From contig OX597817.1 of assembly GCA_951406725.2 (NCBI GenBank), positions 45,012,001 to 45,076,000 on the forward strand: 64,000 bases of DNA. Reading direction: 5' to 3'. The stretch's first letter is position 1, and every line of letters begins with the position of its first letter. Below, piece after piece: positions 12,922 to 27,298 of this stretch. The stretch comes from Octopus vulgaris. Taxonomy: Eukaryota. The notes beneath the pieces were generated by a model. It had not been told where the DNA came from. It did no database searches and saw only the letters and a program-made list of their open reading frames with translations. The position numbers were made by a program, and so were the translations under genes.

Positions 12922-13014
<93 letters not shown>

Positions 13015-13814
13015 ATTACGTACGGTTCCACGCATAGGCTGCTCTTATTTCTTTTTATGAATACTACTGATATACCTCTTTCTAATAGCGTCTTACACCT
13101 TCAAATTTATATTTGTAAGCATTATGTATCATCAATAATCCTGATATTTGAAGTCAGTTACGATTCAATCATGTACAACTTGCACATGATGATCTTGAAA
13201 ACGGAGACTGATTCAAGCTCATGAACTGAGCGAGGGTACTCGTCTTACTATCCCATAACTTCACTCAAATTTTCTCAGCACTGATTCATACAGGCTATTA
13301 ATATGTTGGTCAATTTAAAACATGTTCTATGCTTAAAGGAAAACGTTTAATCCTATACGCTCTACCAGATGTGTAACTGTTTATTTTGAATTGCTTAATT
13401 ATCAAACTGATTCGAATTTTGGTACAAGCGTCATAACCGGATTAATTACACTAAGTAAAAACGTGTATTTTCAGTGATCACTGAGAGGAATCTGATGATA
13501 CATCGTATATGGGATGATATAATACTTGATATATGGTAAGTTATGGGGAAGGAGTCGTGATATTTTAAATCCAGCGGAGCCCACATATTTCCAAATTTGA
13601 ATAATTAAGATTTATTCAAGTTAGAAAATCTAAGAGAAAAATGGCAGAGCAGAGGTACACAAGTGTACTTCTAAAAAAACCGTAACGACGAATGGTAGAG
13701 TTATTCTCGATAAGATTTAAATTGAATGCTTAGAGAGACAATGACGAATACAGTAAAGATTTCTATTATGTCTGCCGCACATGTTGTCATATATATTCCA
13801 TTATTAAAATATTT

Positions 13815-14120
13815 GTGGAGGCGAAATGTCCCAGTGGCAAGGGTAGCGGACTCGCGGCTGGAAGATCGCGGTTTCGATTCCCAGACCGGGCGTTGTGTGT
13901 GTTTATTGAGCGAAAACACTTAATGTTCCACGAGGCTCCGGCAGGGAATGGTGGCGACCCCTGTTGTACTCTTTCGTCCCAACTTTCTCTCACACTTTCT
14001 TCTTGTTTCTTGAGTAACGCTGCGATGGACTGGCGTCCCGTCCAACTGGGGGGAATACATACACGATAGAAACCGGGAAACTGGGCCCATGAGCCTAGCT
14101 ATGCTTGAAAAGGGTGCATA
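13815..14120 (+). mobile_element. SINE family C (tRNA head, V-domain-like GCGATGGACTGGCGTCCCGTCCA)
   Basis: B-box GGTTTCGATTCC. Homologous to 58117-58365(-) and to a 3' fragment at 12611-12672(-). Confidence 0.8.
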
Positions 14121-17009
14121 AAAAAATTAAATTAAAATGTTCAAATTAAAGTTGTTACCACAAGAAATCCGTCTGTACAGATATGGAGTTGGAAGGGTTT
14201 TGATGATATTGGAATTTTGACAGACGTTAGTTCAGATAGAAAGCTCTAATGTAATAAATATATTTTTAAATAAATGAATACACCCAATCTGTTTATTTGC
14301 TGAGCATTAATGACAATTTAACCTACCAAATGAATTGTTTCATAATATGTTTAAAACGAATACAGTTGATACAGATGTTACATTTTGGCTAGGTGTTCAC
14401 ATTTGGCAGACATTATTAGGAAATTGAAGATTGTTGCTTGGCAAAGAAAACTTAAAGCCCATTAATACTGCGGTTATTTAAATCAACTCTCAAAAATATA
14501 ATTAAATGGTATCTCAGAAGCAAATAGTATAAAAAAAACCTGGTAATGAAGCATATAAATGTTCTTAAAATATTTAAGGAATAATAAAAAATAATGGTTG
14601 TTAGTTACCTGTTTCATATGCATATTTTTTAATGAATGCAGAAGCTCCTTTACGGACTTCCGACAGTTAAGTGAACTGAAGAGGGAAACATTATGTCTCA
14701 TGCCCGGAATTGTTGCAAAATGCAATAGTATTAACATCCGGACATGTCAGTTGTTCGACAAATGTATTATCTGAATAGCCATTGTTAATCTGGATCCTAT
14801 AATATTACTTGATTTTTTCCGTTTTACAAACAGCTTCTTCCTGTATTTGAGGGCTGGGGATATGCAAATAAGTGTCATATTTCTCTCAACTAACACAAAG
14901 CAACACTCTATGAAATGACACTATTTACCATTCAGGAAAACATTGGTTGCTTTATGCAACGGAATCTCTGTGTATTCCAATCCTGTGAGAAATGAATGTC
15001 ACAGGTAAATGTTTTTGAAACCGTTGTAAATGGGATATTTGTTATCCGAATTGGATTTATGTCTGTGTAATAGATGGTTAATTCAATGCACGTAAATATT
15101 CCTAATGGTCAGCTGAAGAAAATGGAATGTTCTCCAAGATATCATAAGTGTTTGTTTTACTCCGTGCCTTTGGTGTTATCTGTAGATCTAAGCAATACAA
15201 CTTTTTATGCTATATTGTGGATTGATTGTCCTGTTACACATTATTAAAATATAGATTAAATATATATATATATAATGTATTATCATTTAATAATAATCTA
15301 ATTATTAACTAGACCAATAAGTACCACAATAGCTATTTACTGAGTATGCAGTGCTCCTCTCTCTTTAGACATCGTAAATATTCTCTCTATTTAATGACAG
15401 TTTAAACAAACGGCAACAAATCTTGCACTGTAAAAGTTTCATTACAAGATATTTTGAAATGTACCTTCTGAAAATGAACGTTTTGATAATGCCCGTCTTG
15501 GTAATGTATTCGAAGAAAATACTTAGATATCATTCAAACACATTTGAATGTAATCTAATTATCCTTCAACTCAATCGTTATTGAAATAAGGCTTACGAAA
15601 CATAAAATAAAGCAATATTAAAAAAAAATAACAAGCGTTATAATGACGAAACAATAATTACACTTTCAACTGTACAACCCTGTTGATATATTACTATGTT
15701 GATATATAGCACTGTTGATATATTACTATGTCTTAATTAGGAAAACCGATTTGCTTTGAAGTAACTGTCACAGACATCCAAGTAATATAATTGTAATGTC
15801 TTATGAGTAGAAACTTTTACATATCTAATGTATCTTATCGAATACACTCTAACGCTATTGGTATATTTAATATATCGTTCATTAAACATCTCTGTTGAAA
15901 GCAATTTGATAGCGCCCGTATATATCATGAATAATTAATGAAATGGCATTTAAAATATGCCACGAAGAATGTGTTATGGAAGTGACTGGTTTATACCATA
16001 TACTTTTGCTTCAAACGTAGACATATTTAATTATATAACGAATTAAGATATACAGGAAGAATATACATTTTTTTAATATAGATTTCCAAGATGTGTACAT
16101 AGCCACAAATACATAAAGTTTAATGCAATTGGCTCGTTTTATATTACTGTTTCTTTTTTCTTATCGACCGCAAAGTGATAAAATGTAAAAGTGACCGACG
16201 GAATTTACTCTTAAAATGTCGAACAAATGTAACTGATTCCCACGAAAAGAAGTTTTATTCTTCCAATATCATTTACGTCGTTAGTGTAGTTAATATTGTG
16301 GAGCTGCAGAGATTGGTTCGGCTTCCACAGCAAGAGAACACCATTGATGCAATCTCCTATGCAAAGCATTTAACTTTACTGAGTCTTTCAGCAACAACAA
16401 GCTACTCAATTTCCTATGATAAATATTTAAAATTTTATATCTAGCTAAGAAGAAGATGAGTTGACAGAATGGTTACAGCAATGAATTATAAATTACCTGC
16501 TATATATTTGTTATTCAACGTTCAAGTGTTACCTGTCTCTTTTTGGTTTTCATAGCTTCACAGTTGAAGAAATAATCACATGTAATGTGCTGGCATGATA
16601 CCTTTACATATAACAAATTTCTACACAAATAATCCTCCTCCTTATTTAAAAGAAATTCAACCCAGAACGGATATCCGTGTGAAGGAAGATTTCATCGTAC
16701 CAAACCTATGTACATTCCTCTCTTGTTAAAGCTCTCTTGATTTCTCCATACGTACGGTTCTTCATACAAACTGTCATTTCATGCATTTTGCATATATGGA
16801 AACTTGTTCTCAGAATAAGGAAATCGATACCAAAATGGATGAGAGCGTGAGCAACTGACGATAGATGATAGCAAATAATGCAAAATACAATGTTTGGCAC
16901 TTTTAAAGTTTTGGTTCTTGGTTCTTCCCGATTTAGAAGACTTATTATCAAAGACGATTCCCTGACATAGGGTCGTGTTGCTATTCTATTGTAACTAAAT
17001 ACCCAACCT

Positions 17010-17174
17010 AGGCGTAGGAATGGCTGCGTGGTAAGGAGCTTGCTTACGAACCACATAGTTCCAGGTTCAGTCCCACTGCGTAGCACCTTGGGCAAGTGTC
17101 TTCTACTATAGCCTCGAGTCGACCAAAGCATTGTGAGTGGATTTGATAGACAGAAACTGAAAGAAGCCCGTCGT

Positions 17175-17264
<90 letters not shown>

Positions 17265-17495
17265 GTGTGTGTGTGTGTATAAGTTTGTGTGTCTGTGTTT
17301 GTCCCCCTAACATTGCTTGACAATCGATGCTGGTGTGTTTACGTCCCCGTAACTTAGTGGTTCGGCAAAAATGATCGATAGAATAAGTACTAGGCCTACA
17401 AAGAATAAGTCCTGGGGTTGATTTGCTCGACTAAAGGCGGTGCTCCAGCAGCGCTGCAGTCAAGTGATTGAAACGTGTAAAAGAGTAAAAGAGAG
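17010..17495 (+). mobile_element. Full, uninterrupted SINE family A (head-(TA)n/(TG)n-tail)
   Basis: tRNA-like head, central microsatellite and AGTAAAAG tail, with an approximate TSD (aatacccaac / aataaccaac). Confidence 0.88.
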
Positions 17496-19410
17496 AATAA
17501 CCAACAATTTGACCAAAGGCTGTTTCAGATGCGTACATTAACTTAATTCCAAGTTGTATTTTTTCTTCTGTACATAGTCCAGACAATTATTTTATGTCTC
17601 TGTTCTTCATTAAGGTAAGAGATGATTTGATGCGGATTCTCGAAGTTAGACAAACTGCATCAAGTTTCTGTTACACTCATATTAACGTACAGGCGGAATG
17701 TATGAATATGTTCCCCAGTTCTTGATTGTAAACATCTTAAACCATTCATATCGTTGCAATACTCATAAAGGAATCAAATGATTTTATAAAGTTTTATTTA
17801 ATTTCATACACAATCCAAGAATTTCTATTTTGTAATACCATAACAGTTAATAATTGCATTGAATTTCTGGGTAAAATATGACTTGAATCTCCAGGTGGTT
17901 CTCCTCCCCCACTTTCACACGCTTGTTAAATTAATTTATATCGTACGAAAAATGACATTTAGACATCTGTAATGATGTACACGAGATCCGATAACATAAA
18001 TATCAATGCCGTAGGGAGAAAGTTGACGAGGTTCTATGACAAATATTGGGCTTGAGAGAAAATGTAATTAAAAAATGTCATTGTTGCCCTGATTTAGGTA
18101 ACATATTGATGTGGTTGTGGTGACACACTTTAACACTAACTCATAGACTGAACATTACCATATTTCCGTTACGAATATACATACATACACACTTACACAT
18201 ACTAACACACACACACACACACACAAACACACACAAGCACACTTATAGCCATTAGTTGAAATAGTATTGCTCCATACTTACTTTACTGATATAATAGTCA
18301 TGTCATTCAGTATTCGAACACTCATCATCCACCCTTTTCGATATTTTGCAAGACTTCCTCATTAAACCGGGGCTTTTACTTGTCTTTTTAGGTGTCTTTA
18401 TTGTAATGTATCAAGTAGTCGTTGATATTTAGTGTCATTCATTTGCGGAATTGATGGAAGTAAAGATGAACTACATATTGATGGGAGAAAGCACTGCAGA
18501 TCATATAACTTTGAACAATTAAGCATCAATGTTTTTAGTGTTCACCGCTGCAATTTTTACTGGAGTTAAATGAAATTTTGTTAATGAGGTTCAAAGTATC
18601 CATTGAAAATATTTTCTTCTTTATTAAGGAGGGAAATATATGAAAGGAATTTTGATAAATTAAAATAATGTTATTAAGCCAAATTATTTGTATGACGTTT
18701 CCTTTTAATTACAAAATACTAAATGTTAGGACAACAATCCAACCACATACCACTTTAAAAATTATTTGATTACTCTTCTATATTAAATGCCACGATAACG
18801 GTACAAAATGCTATTAAATTAAGATAATGGGCATGCTTTTTTTTAATAATTTAATTAAAGTTAATTCTAAATTTATAATACACACTAGAGAAGGAAATTT
18901 GTGTTACTGTATTTTACAGAACCAGAGTTCATGTGGCAAGCTACCAGAAATTTTATGACGGAATCTTAAGAGTCTTTACATATCTTCATGAAAATGAAAG
19001 ACTTTTGTTCCAATTTAAATGTAAACACTGTGACCTCAAATTTTTGGTGTTAAACAATGTAGTCCAATATTCATAATGAGTAATAAACGGCATCCATTCC
19101 TGTCTCTGAAATGCAGTGGTCATAAAAGTTTGCTAAACATACCGAAGTTTATCAAAGGTTAATTTTTACCTTTTATGAAAATACATCTTTGGATCATTTC
19201 TAAGAAAGAAACCACCAAAAAGTTCAAGTATTTAAACTGGAAAATATAGACGGGAATAACTGCAGCAAAGTTTCGTGTTCTGTGAGAATTTGGAGCAGAT
19301 CTTCAGTTCGGTGTTATCAAGATCTCTTGGTACATCAATTTTCACTGTATTTCCCTCTCCACAGTGCATACAGAGCGTAATGCAGAAATGGTGTCAGGAT
19401 GATGGATATA

Positions 19411-19635
19411 AAAATGCTCATTAAAATATTGGGCACAAAATATTACAATACATATATACATTCTTTGATAATAATAAGAAAATGTTAAAAACAGTTTACA
19501 GAAAAACATTTTTGAGAAATTATTAATTTCTCAAAAATTTTTTTCTGTAAACTGTTTTTAACATTTTCTTATTATTATCAAAGAATGTATATAGGTATTA
19601 TAATTTTTTGTGCCCAATATTGTAATGAACATTTT
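19411..19635. repeat. ~225-bp near-perfect palindrome (arms ~111 bp), plus a third partial arm copy at ~19660-19725
   Basis: Centre is GAGAAATT-ATT-AATTTCTC at ~19523. The arms TATTGGGCACAAAA...AAACAGTTTACAGAAAAA mirror each other. Confidence 0.92.
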
Positions 19636-19842
19636 AAAATTTTCCCGATACTTTTCCTTGTAAACTGTTATAAACATGTTCATATTATTATCAAAGAATG
19701 TATATATGTATTTCAATATTTTGTGACGACCAGTACCTAACACAACAAAGCTTTTACATGTTACTTTTGACAATATTTTTTCTAAAGAAGTATAACTGGT
19801 CAAGTGAATAAGCATCTTTTAAAATTGCATTTCCAAACCTTC

Positions 19843-19919
<77 letters not shown>

Positions 19920-20743
19920 CATACATATATACATTCACACCTACACATATATGCATATAAACATACACACGAATACATATATACACATACATATATACAA
20001 ATATGCATACACCTACAATACAGGCATACACACACAAACACACACATATACATACATATATATATTGACATATGTGCACATAAAAAAAAATATATATACT
20101 TCATAACGTATATACGCAAACTTTTAAAAAAGCTGTCAGGTATATATATAATTTTAAAATGTTAAAATAAGGAAATTGCACAATAAATTAATATAACGTA
20201 ATTCAATGCGTGAGTAAACAATAAAAATAAACTTCATCGAAACTGAAGCTTAAATTTGTAAAACAGTCGAAGGCATTCTTAAAAGTGAAGTCGAAACATG
20301 CACAAGCATCGTAGTACAAATTAACTGATTTTTATAATAATTGATTTTAATTGAATATGATTTTAATTGTTATTTCATGCAACCGGTTATTGTAAAGACC
20401 ATTAGTTGAAAGGACCAATGAAACAAAACGATTTTCAAATGTATAATTATCAACGTAATTGTATTTCTGCATATGACTTTATCTTGCTCCGTTCTAAACA
20501 AAACTATCCGACGAACGGGGATGTCAAACTCTGCGAAACAGTTTTTTGTGGTATTTTTGCTGCTTATTCATAAAGCCTATTTCTCTACCCTCTGGTATTC
20601 GAATATTTATTCACCGTTTTGCATTTATGCGCTTACTCTGGTATATATATATATATGTAGGTCCCGGGTTGAGTCGGGGTTAACCACAGTAAATAAGGTA
20701 CTCAATACATAGCAGAGTAAATTAATATTTATGCATATATGTG

Positions 20744-20791
<48 letters not shown>

Positions 20792-20793
<2 letters not shown>

Positions 20794-21165
20794 TTTTACT
20801 CATTTCAGTCATTTGACTGTGGCCATAATGGACCACCACCTTTAATCGATCAAATCGACCACAGGACCTATTATTTGCCCGCCTAGTACTTATTCTATCG
20901 ATCTCTATTTGGCGAACCTCTAATTTACGGGGACGTTAACACACCAGCATCGGTTGTCAAGCGATATTGGAGGGACAAACACAGACACACAAACATATAT
21001 ACCCACATACATATATATGACGTTTCCGTCTACCAAATCCACTTACAACTCTTTGGTTTCCCGCGGCTACAGTAGAAGACACTTGGCCAAGGTGACACGT
21101 AGTGGGACTGAACTCGGAACTATGTAGTTTGTAAGCAAGCTACTTACTACACAGCCACTCCTACG

Positions 21166-21168
<3 letters not shown>
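20792..21168 (-). mobile_element. SINE family A (short central microsatellite, no insertion)
   Basis: Reverse-complement homology to 17010-17495. Confidence 0.85.
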
Positions 21169-21204
<36 letters not shown>

Positions 21205-21207
<3 letters not shown>

Positions 21208-22600
21208 TTTGTACTCGACGATAAAGGCACTTCACTCTCGAAATGCACACTACATTTTGATATGTATTAACAGCAGGCTATCCAATCGTTCCACCAATTT
21301 ACTCCATCAAGCAACAAAACTTTACAAGATCCTAGTCATTCAATGGGCTCAAAATGGTTTAACTTTAAAACAATAGACATAACACGGGGAGTAATCTTAT
21401 TGCGTCTTACTGAAAATCGTCTGCAAATAGAACCTTCTGCACACAGATACCTACCACAACCACTCGGAAAACATGCCCCACTAATCATAGTGAGACCATC
21501 AATAAATTATTTTCGCAACACATAGATATATCATTGAAGAATGCAGTAACATTTTTAGAAAAAAATATTATAATGGAACAAGTTTAACCAAGAAACAAAA
21601 TCAACATTTTGTTAATTCAATAACAATACAATCCTAAACATAGACACCTCGAGGAATAAATTAAACAATATAACTATAGACGCATTAAAAAAAACATATC
21701 CCACGAGGTAATATATATATACAACTCCAATTACACATCAAAAAACCACCCTCGTAAAATAAAAATATAAAAAAAAAACAAACATAAATTCGTGCAACAA
21801 CTCATCGCATACGTAGTAGAAATGAAGTTAGCAAGAAATGGAAAACCCAACAGAAAAAATGCAGAACAAAATAAATCACAGAAAACTGACTACTTGTAAG
21901 CTGTTTTTTATCTCTTTTTTGTAACTAACATGAGCTATAAAGCAAAACTGAAAGCAGTATATGGACCAATTAGTAACATCATCACCATTAACAAAGAACA
22001 ACGGTTTGAATACTGCTGTGGGGAAAAGAAAAAATTCAGTAATATGTCCACACTGGAAAAAAAATCAATGAAACGCCCGCTTCAGACATCGCACATAATT
22101 TATCAACCAAAAAACAAACATATAGAATGAGGGAACAAAAAGCGAAAATATACACCTTCCAATCTGACCATGATTTTTACGCTTTCCTTCCATTAGAAAC
22201 GGAAAAAAATAGGAAAAAATCTAAAGCTGAAAAGCATTACTGCTCATCCATTGATACAAATACACGTAGCAACACTGCGAAATTGTCGGAATCACGAAGG
22301 TTTGCCAAATAGTCTCGATTTAAACCTCAATAAAAATTCCAAGTAATATCTAGGTATGGACACATTCTTCAATAATCTAAACGACTCCTCCACCATTCTT
22401 TGTCGCAACACAGATTCTGACCTCCACACTAATAACAAATCTTATACACCGAATGGTATAGTTTCGCAGAAAGAATCCCGTTCCCATGAAAATAATGCTA
22501 ACAACTTTCAGCTCTTCACTCCATTTGTGTGTCACACTAAGCCTCAGTAATTTCAGATTGCATAATCTAATACTAAATATAGTAGAATAGTAGATTTAGT
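21205..22600 (+). pseudogene. Possible decayed non-LTR ORF1 (gag-like) relic; similar-looking tracts at ~1-720(-) and ~32850-33700(-)
   Basis: A/C-rich strand bias, KLKAVYGPISNII (RRM-like) and EYCCGEK...ICPHWK (broken CCHC-like knuckle across a frameshift). Confidence 0.25.
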
Positions 22601-22769
22601 GTCCTGACCAGGCTTATATTTCTTCTTATATGCTGTGACCAGCGCTACATTGCAAGTTTAAATATAGATTCGATAATGCAGAAATTGGAACATATCAACA
22701 TACACACACACTCTCCATCCCTCATTCTCTCTCTCTGTCACTTTCTCTCTGTCTTTCCTTCTCTCTCTC

Positions 22770-22808
<39 letters not shown>

Positions 22809-23185
22809 ACGTAAGTGTCTACATCTACAGACGAACAATAGACTCTGCCAGACAGAAAATAAACTGCATTTATCGCAGTCCATATCACTCAATCAGGGGT
22901 TACTGACTCATCAACACTAGGATCCCAATATCTCACAAAAGTGTGGGGAAGAAGAAGGGTGCGAATATGAAAAATTAAGTGCATTATTAGTATATACTCC
23001 TTAAAATATACGGCCCGATAGACATATTGTAACCAGCATGTCTCTCTCTCTCTCTCTCCATTTCTGTCTGTCTCTCTCCGTATATATAAAGATATATATT
23101 TATATATATATATATAAGAATTTTTTGCGTAATAAGATAAAAAAAAACAAGGATGTATAGATATTAAAGCATCAATAGCTAGAAT

Positions 23186-23237
23186 GGCTTACAGCTGTTT
23201 CTAGGATATTTATTAATAATATCCCTTCATCGGAGAT
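23186..23237 (-). ncRNA. Hammerhead-like motif (CCGAUGA core variant, weak stem I) in a ~180-bp TA-flanked element (23117-23294)
   Basis: Minus strand reads ATCT-CCGATGA-AGGGATATT..AATATCCTA-GAAAC-AGCT-GTA-AGCC; ACAGCTGT is palindromic. Confidence 0.68.
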
Positions 23238-23321
23238 GGTGTGAGAAGATAATTAAATCATAGTTAGTATAGATGTGATACAAAATAGAGAGTGATATAT
23301 ATTTATATCTATACACATACA

Positions 23322-23354
<33 letters not shown>

Positions 23355-23401
23355 TTATATATATATATATACGTATGTGTGTGTGTGTGTATATATATAT
23401 A

Positions 23402-23608
23402 GTTAATCCAAACAAGAAAACACACAAAAAACAAAAAAACACAACAACGCGAGAACGTGGAACAAATAAAGTATTATTGGATGCTCAGGAAAGAAGGGAA
23501 GAAGGAGGTTAAATGTTACGAGCGGAGCTCTTCGTCGGAAACATAGGAGAAGGAAAGATCCCGAGAAGGGAAGACAGAGGAAAAAAATCGCCAGGGGTAT
23601 TCACGGTG

Positions 23609-23610
<2 letters not shown>
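23402..23610 (-). mobile_element. Short TA-flanked element with degenerate HHR-like motif (23507-23542)
   Basis: Minus strand reads GTTT-CCGACGA-A-GAGC-TCC-GCTC-GTAAC-ATT-TAAC. The layout resembles 9533-9710 (GTATTA..GCTCAGGAA). Confidence 0.5.
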
Positions 23611-23660
<50 letters not shown>

Positions 23661-24556
23661 ACCGATTTATGATTATGCATAAATATATAAATTGTACGAC
23701 AAGTGTCAATAATGAAAAAATGCAAAAATCCTTAAAACTATTCTAGAGGATTTATCGAAGGAAACCCTTAAAACACGGTTATGCACAAAGCCAATTTTAA
23801 AGAAAAAATAAAGAAGAACTAAAATTCTATCCGAAAAACATAAAGTATATTATAAAATCAGCCATAGCTTTTGTTGTTATGTTTTGTCACAAAGTATATG
23901 ACGAGAATTCGTTTATTTACATTTTTTAACATGCTAGAGAAAACAATTTAGAGAAGAAACCCATTGTTTATTTTACTTCTATAAATACTGTTATATCAAA
24001 GCTAAATCCCATTATGAAAATATATTCTGTTTTTAGACGAATGCCGTTGATACACTTTTTTGGATTTAGAACATCAGCTATTAATAATATATTATGTTAG
24101 TTTATTTTGATCTCAGGAGAAATAAACATTTATACATTAGTAATTGGACAATAAAAAAATGATATATCAAACGATACAATTCTGAAGTAAGTATTAATAT
24201 ATATTTTCCTTTATGACGCTGCATCACAATATTTGATACTTTTCTCTGGTGATATCATTGGTCGGAAGAGCGATTCTTTTGGAGCACATATGGACTATAA
24301 GCAGCCTCAGAACATATAATTGTGCGTTTCTAGTAAGCCGTATTAAATCGTTCCGTATAAATATTGCTTTCTCGTTTTTCAATGCTTCTCGCGTACACGT
24401 GTATTCATAAATATACGTCCGTCGCTCAAACAGAAACGCTCGCACACATTCTCACACACAAATATACACACATTCCCAGACGCATGCACACACACATATA
24501 TGTATGTATATATGTATGTATGTACGTACGCACGTATGTATGCGTGCATGTATGTA

Positions 24557-24602
<46 letters not shown>

Positions 24603-24627
24603 TTCTCTCTCCCTCTCTTTCTCTCCC

Positions 24628-24684
<57 letters not shown>

Positions 24685-25392
24685 ATACGTATAGACATGT
24701 ATGCATAAGTATATGCATATGCATTTTCAAACATATATATGTATATATGCATATAGATAGGTAGGTAGCCAGGTAGGTATGTGTGTTTGTGTGCGTGTGT
24801 GTGCGCGTGCCTTCATATATATATATATATTGACACACGCGCCTACTTGTAACAGAAAGAGCATTGATAAAAGCTTGTAGATGAACATCTGCTGATTGAA
24901 GCCTCTACTATTCATAAGCCAATGAAAGAGAGTACACTTGCTTAATCGGATCTCCATACGCTAACTTTTCATAGGTTGAGACGAGTTATGCAATTAATAT
25001 TCATATACGATTCTATTGTGATAAATAATAGAGCGTTACTAGAATATAAAATGGATCCAGCGCAATAAATATGTAGAAACTGGTTGTCTGCGATCAACTT
25101 TTCTTAGCAATACAACTCAACGATTTTCTCTTTCATCATTTTTCGAGCCGGTTGTTTTAAAATAACGCATGATAAATGCTCGTCTGATACGGAACGTGAA
25201 TTACACATTAAATATCTTGTTGAGATGTGTCCTGAACAGCTTTACACGTTTCTGTTTCTCAAGCGACAAAATTTACAATGATGCAATCTATTTAAGTATG
25301 GGAAGTTATGTCTATATCTTTTAGATGTGTTTCTATGTCTTGAGATACAACAAGGCAGCGAAGTGAAGTTTATTCTTTCCACATACTTGGAG

Positions 25393-25527
25393 GATTTCAA
25401 ATATTCATTGTACCTTCTGATCAGTTATTTCTATTGATTTTTCAAATATTCATTGTACCTTCTGATCAGTTATTTCCATTGATTTTTCAAATATTCATTG
25501 TACCTTCTGATCAGTTATTTCCATTGA
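25393..25527. repeat. 45-bp tandem repeat, 3 copies
   Basis: TTCAAATATTCATTGTACCTTCTGATCAGTTATTTCYATTGATTT starts at 25396, 25441 and 25486. Confidence 0.95.
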
Positions 25528-25529
25528 GT

Positions 25530-26420
25530 GTTTCCAGCTCACATCCCTTCTACTTACGGCAGCCTTAGAGAAGCATGGTGCTCTCACTAGGGCAGCAAGT
25601 CTAGGATGACGGCAAACATTTACTTTCTGTTTTGTGTATGATGCTGGAAGCGATATTTTGTCTTTTTTAGCTGCAACTAATTAACCTTAATGTTATACAC
25701 GTTGAAGAGCTTATAATATTTTTCTATAATCGGAAAGTGGTACATTACATGAAGTACGAATTTCCATGCGGTATTTATATGTTATTAGGGGCATTGAACC
25801 AGATTGCTTTCTGCTTTTTGACTCTTCCGGAATGTGAGATGAAAGTGGATGATCCGTGCTAACTTCTTGTAGGTGAGTATGGAACGTCACTTTAATAGAA
25901 TGTAATTTGTAGATTATCTTGCTTATATCTGCTGCCAAACCTCTAATTAGCAGAAGAGGAAGATTAGATTTCTTATGGGGATATACACATTTTTGTGCAA
26001 TGACTTCGCTAAAGTTCTGATAGTAGTAGTGATTACTTGTATTCAGCTGTATTACAATATCATGGATATTAGATATCACTAGCTGGGTAGTAATAGGTTT
26101 CTTATAAGTATGGCGTATTTTCTTTTTCTATCCGCGGGGTGATCATTCATAATTTGTGTGTACTTCTCAAGCCATCATATCTGTATTGACATCCATAACC
26201 GCTTATTAAACAGAGATCTTCAGCTTTCATATATCATCTTCGAAATTCACCCAACCATAGCGTCTAGTGCACAGCGGGACTTCATATTTTTCTTTTTTGT
26301 CACCAGAAGGAATAACCATGATACATCAAGCACGTTATAGGGCTCATTAATAATCTAATGTCACATGTTCTGTATTGCCATAGACTTTAATTACCAGGAC
26401 TAATATCTTCGATGATCGGT
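25530..26420 (-). pseudogene. Decayed Penelope/Poseidon-type PLE (RT thumb, linker, start of endonuclease)
   Basis: Minus frames give DHPADRKRKYAILIR (HP..KR thumb motif), LIRGLAADISKIIYKLHSIKVTF (cf. YIKGLSEKISRILKKHNIKVVF) and RKQSG...SCNV. Confidence 0.5.
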
Positions 26421-26557
26421 AACGATATTTCATAGGACAAAATCTTTACTAATGATGAAGATTTGAATGAGAACAAACTGATTAATGACTGTTTACTTAT
26501 TCGTACACGTTTTCACACATACACATATAAATAAAGCTGAGCCCCAAATAACTGTAT

Positions 26558-26775
26558 ACTCTTTTACTCTTTTAATTGTTTCAGTCATTTGACTGCGGAT
26601 CATGCTGGAGCACCGCATTTTAGTGGCGCGAATCGACCCCAGGACCTTTTCTTTGTAAGCCTAGAAATTATTCTATCGATCTCTTTTGCCGAACTGCTAA
26701 GTTACGGGGGACGTAAACACACCAGCATCGGTTGTCAAGCGATGTTGGAGGACAAACACAGACACACAAACACAC

Positions 26776-26819
<44 letters not shown>

Positions 26820-26824
26820 GTATA

Positions 26825-26871
<47 letters not shown>

Positions 26872-27298
26872 ATCAAAATAAAATAAAAACATGATGCGAA
26901 GGATTCAGCGGTACATATGTTTCGGGCCTTTATTAGACAGATTTATAACAAAGCATAATGTATGTCTGTGGCCTTCTTCAGCCGCGCACAACAGCTTCCA
27001 CAAGGACATGTGTTACATCAAAAATTCTTGGTTGGGGATGCAAATCCTCTCGTTCACGTACGACATAATGCGGCAGCAGCATAGAATTGAAGCGTCCATC
27101 TCTTTCTTCTCTCAATGTAGAATCATATATATATATATATACATATATACGATGGGCTTCTTTCAGTTTCCGTCTACCAAATCCACTCAAAAGGCTTTGG
27201 TCGGCCCGAGGGTATAGTAGAAGACACTTTCCCAAAATGCAAAGCAGTGGGACTGAACTCGGAACCTTGTGGTTGGTAATCAATCTGCTTACCACACA
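26558..27298 (-). mobile_element. SINE family A carrying a ~255-bp HHR element (26870-27125) in its TA tract
   Basis: The tail at 26558-26810 and the head at 27148-27298 match 17010-17495 in reverse complement. Confidence 0.85.
26908..26985 (-). ncRNA. Type I hammerhead ribozyme
   Basis: Minus strand reads GCGG-CTGAAGA-AGGCC...GGCCC-GAAAC-ATAT-GTA-CCGC. Stem I is 4 bp, stem II has GGCC/GGCC, and the ACATATGT palindrome is the same as at 6351-6436. Confidence 0.8.

Noticed and set aside
13815-13890. tRNA gene
   Set aside because: It is the tRNA-derived head of a SINE: it continues into the SINE body and has no clean cloverleaf.
25393-25527. CRISPR-like array
   Set aside because: Head-to-tail 45-bp units with no spacers; eukaryotic context.
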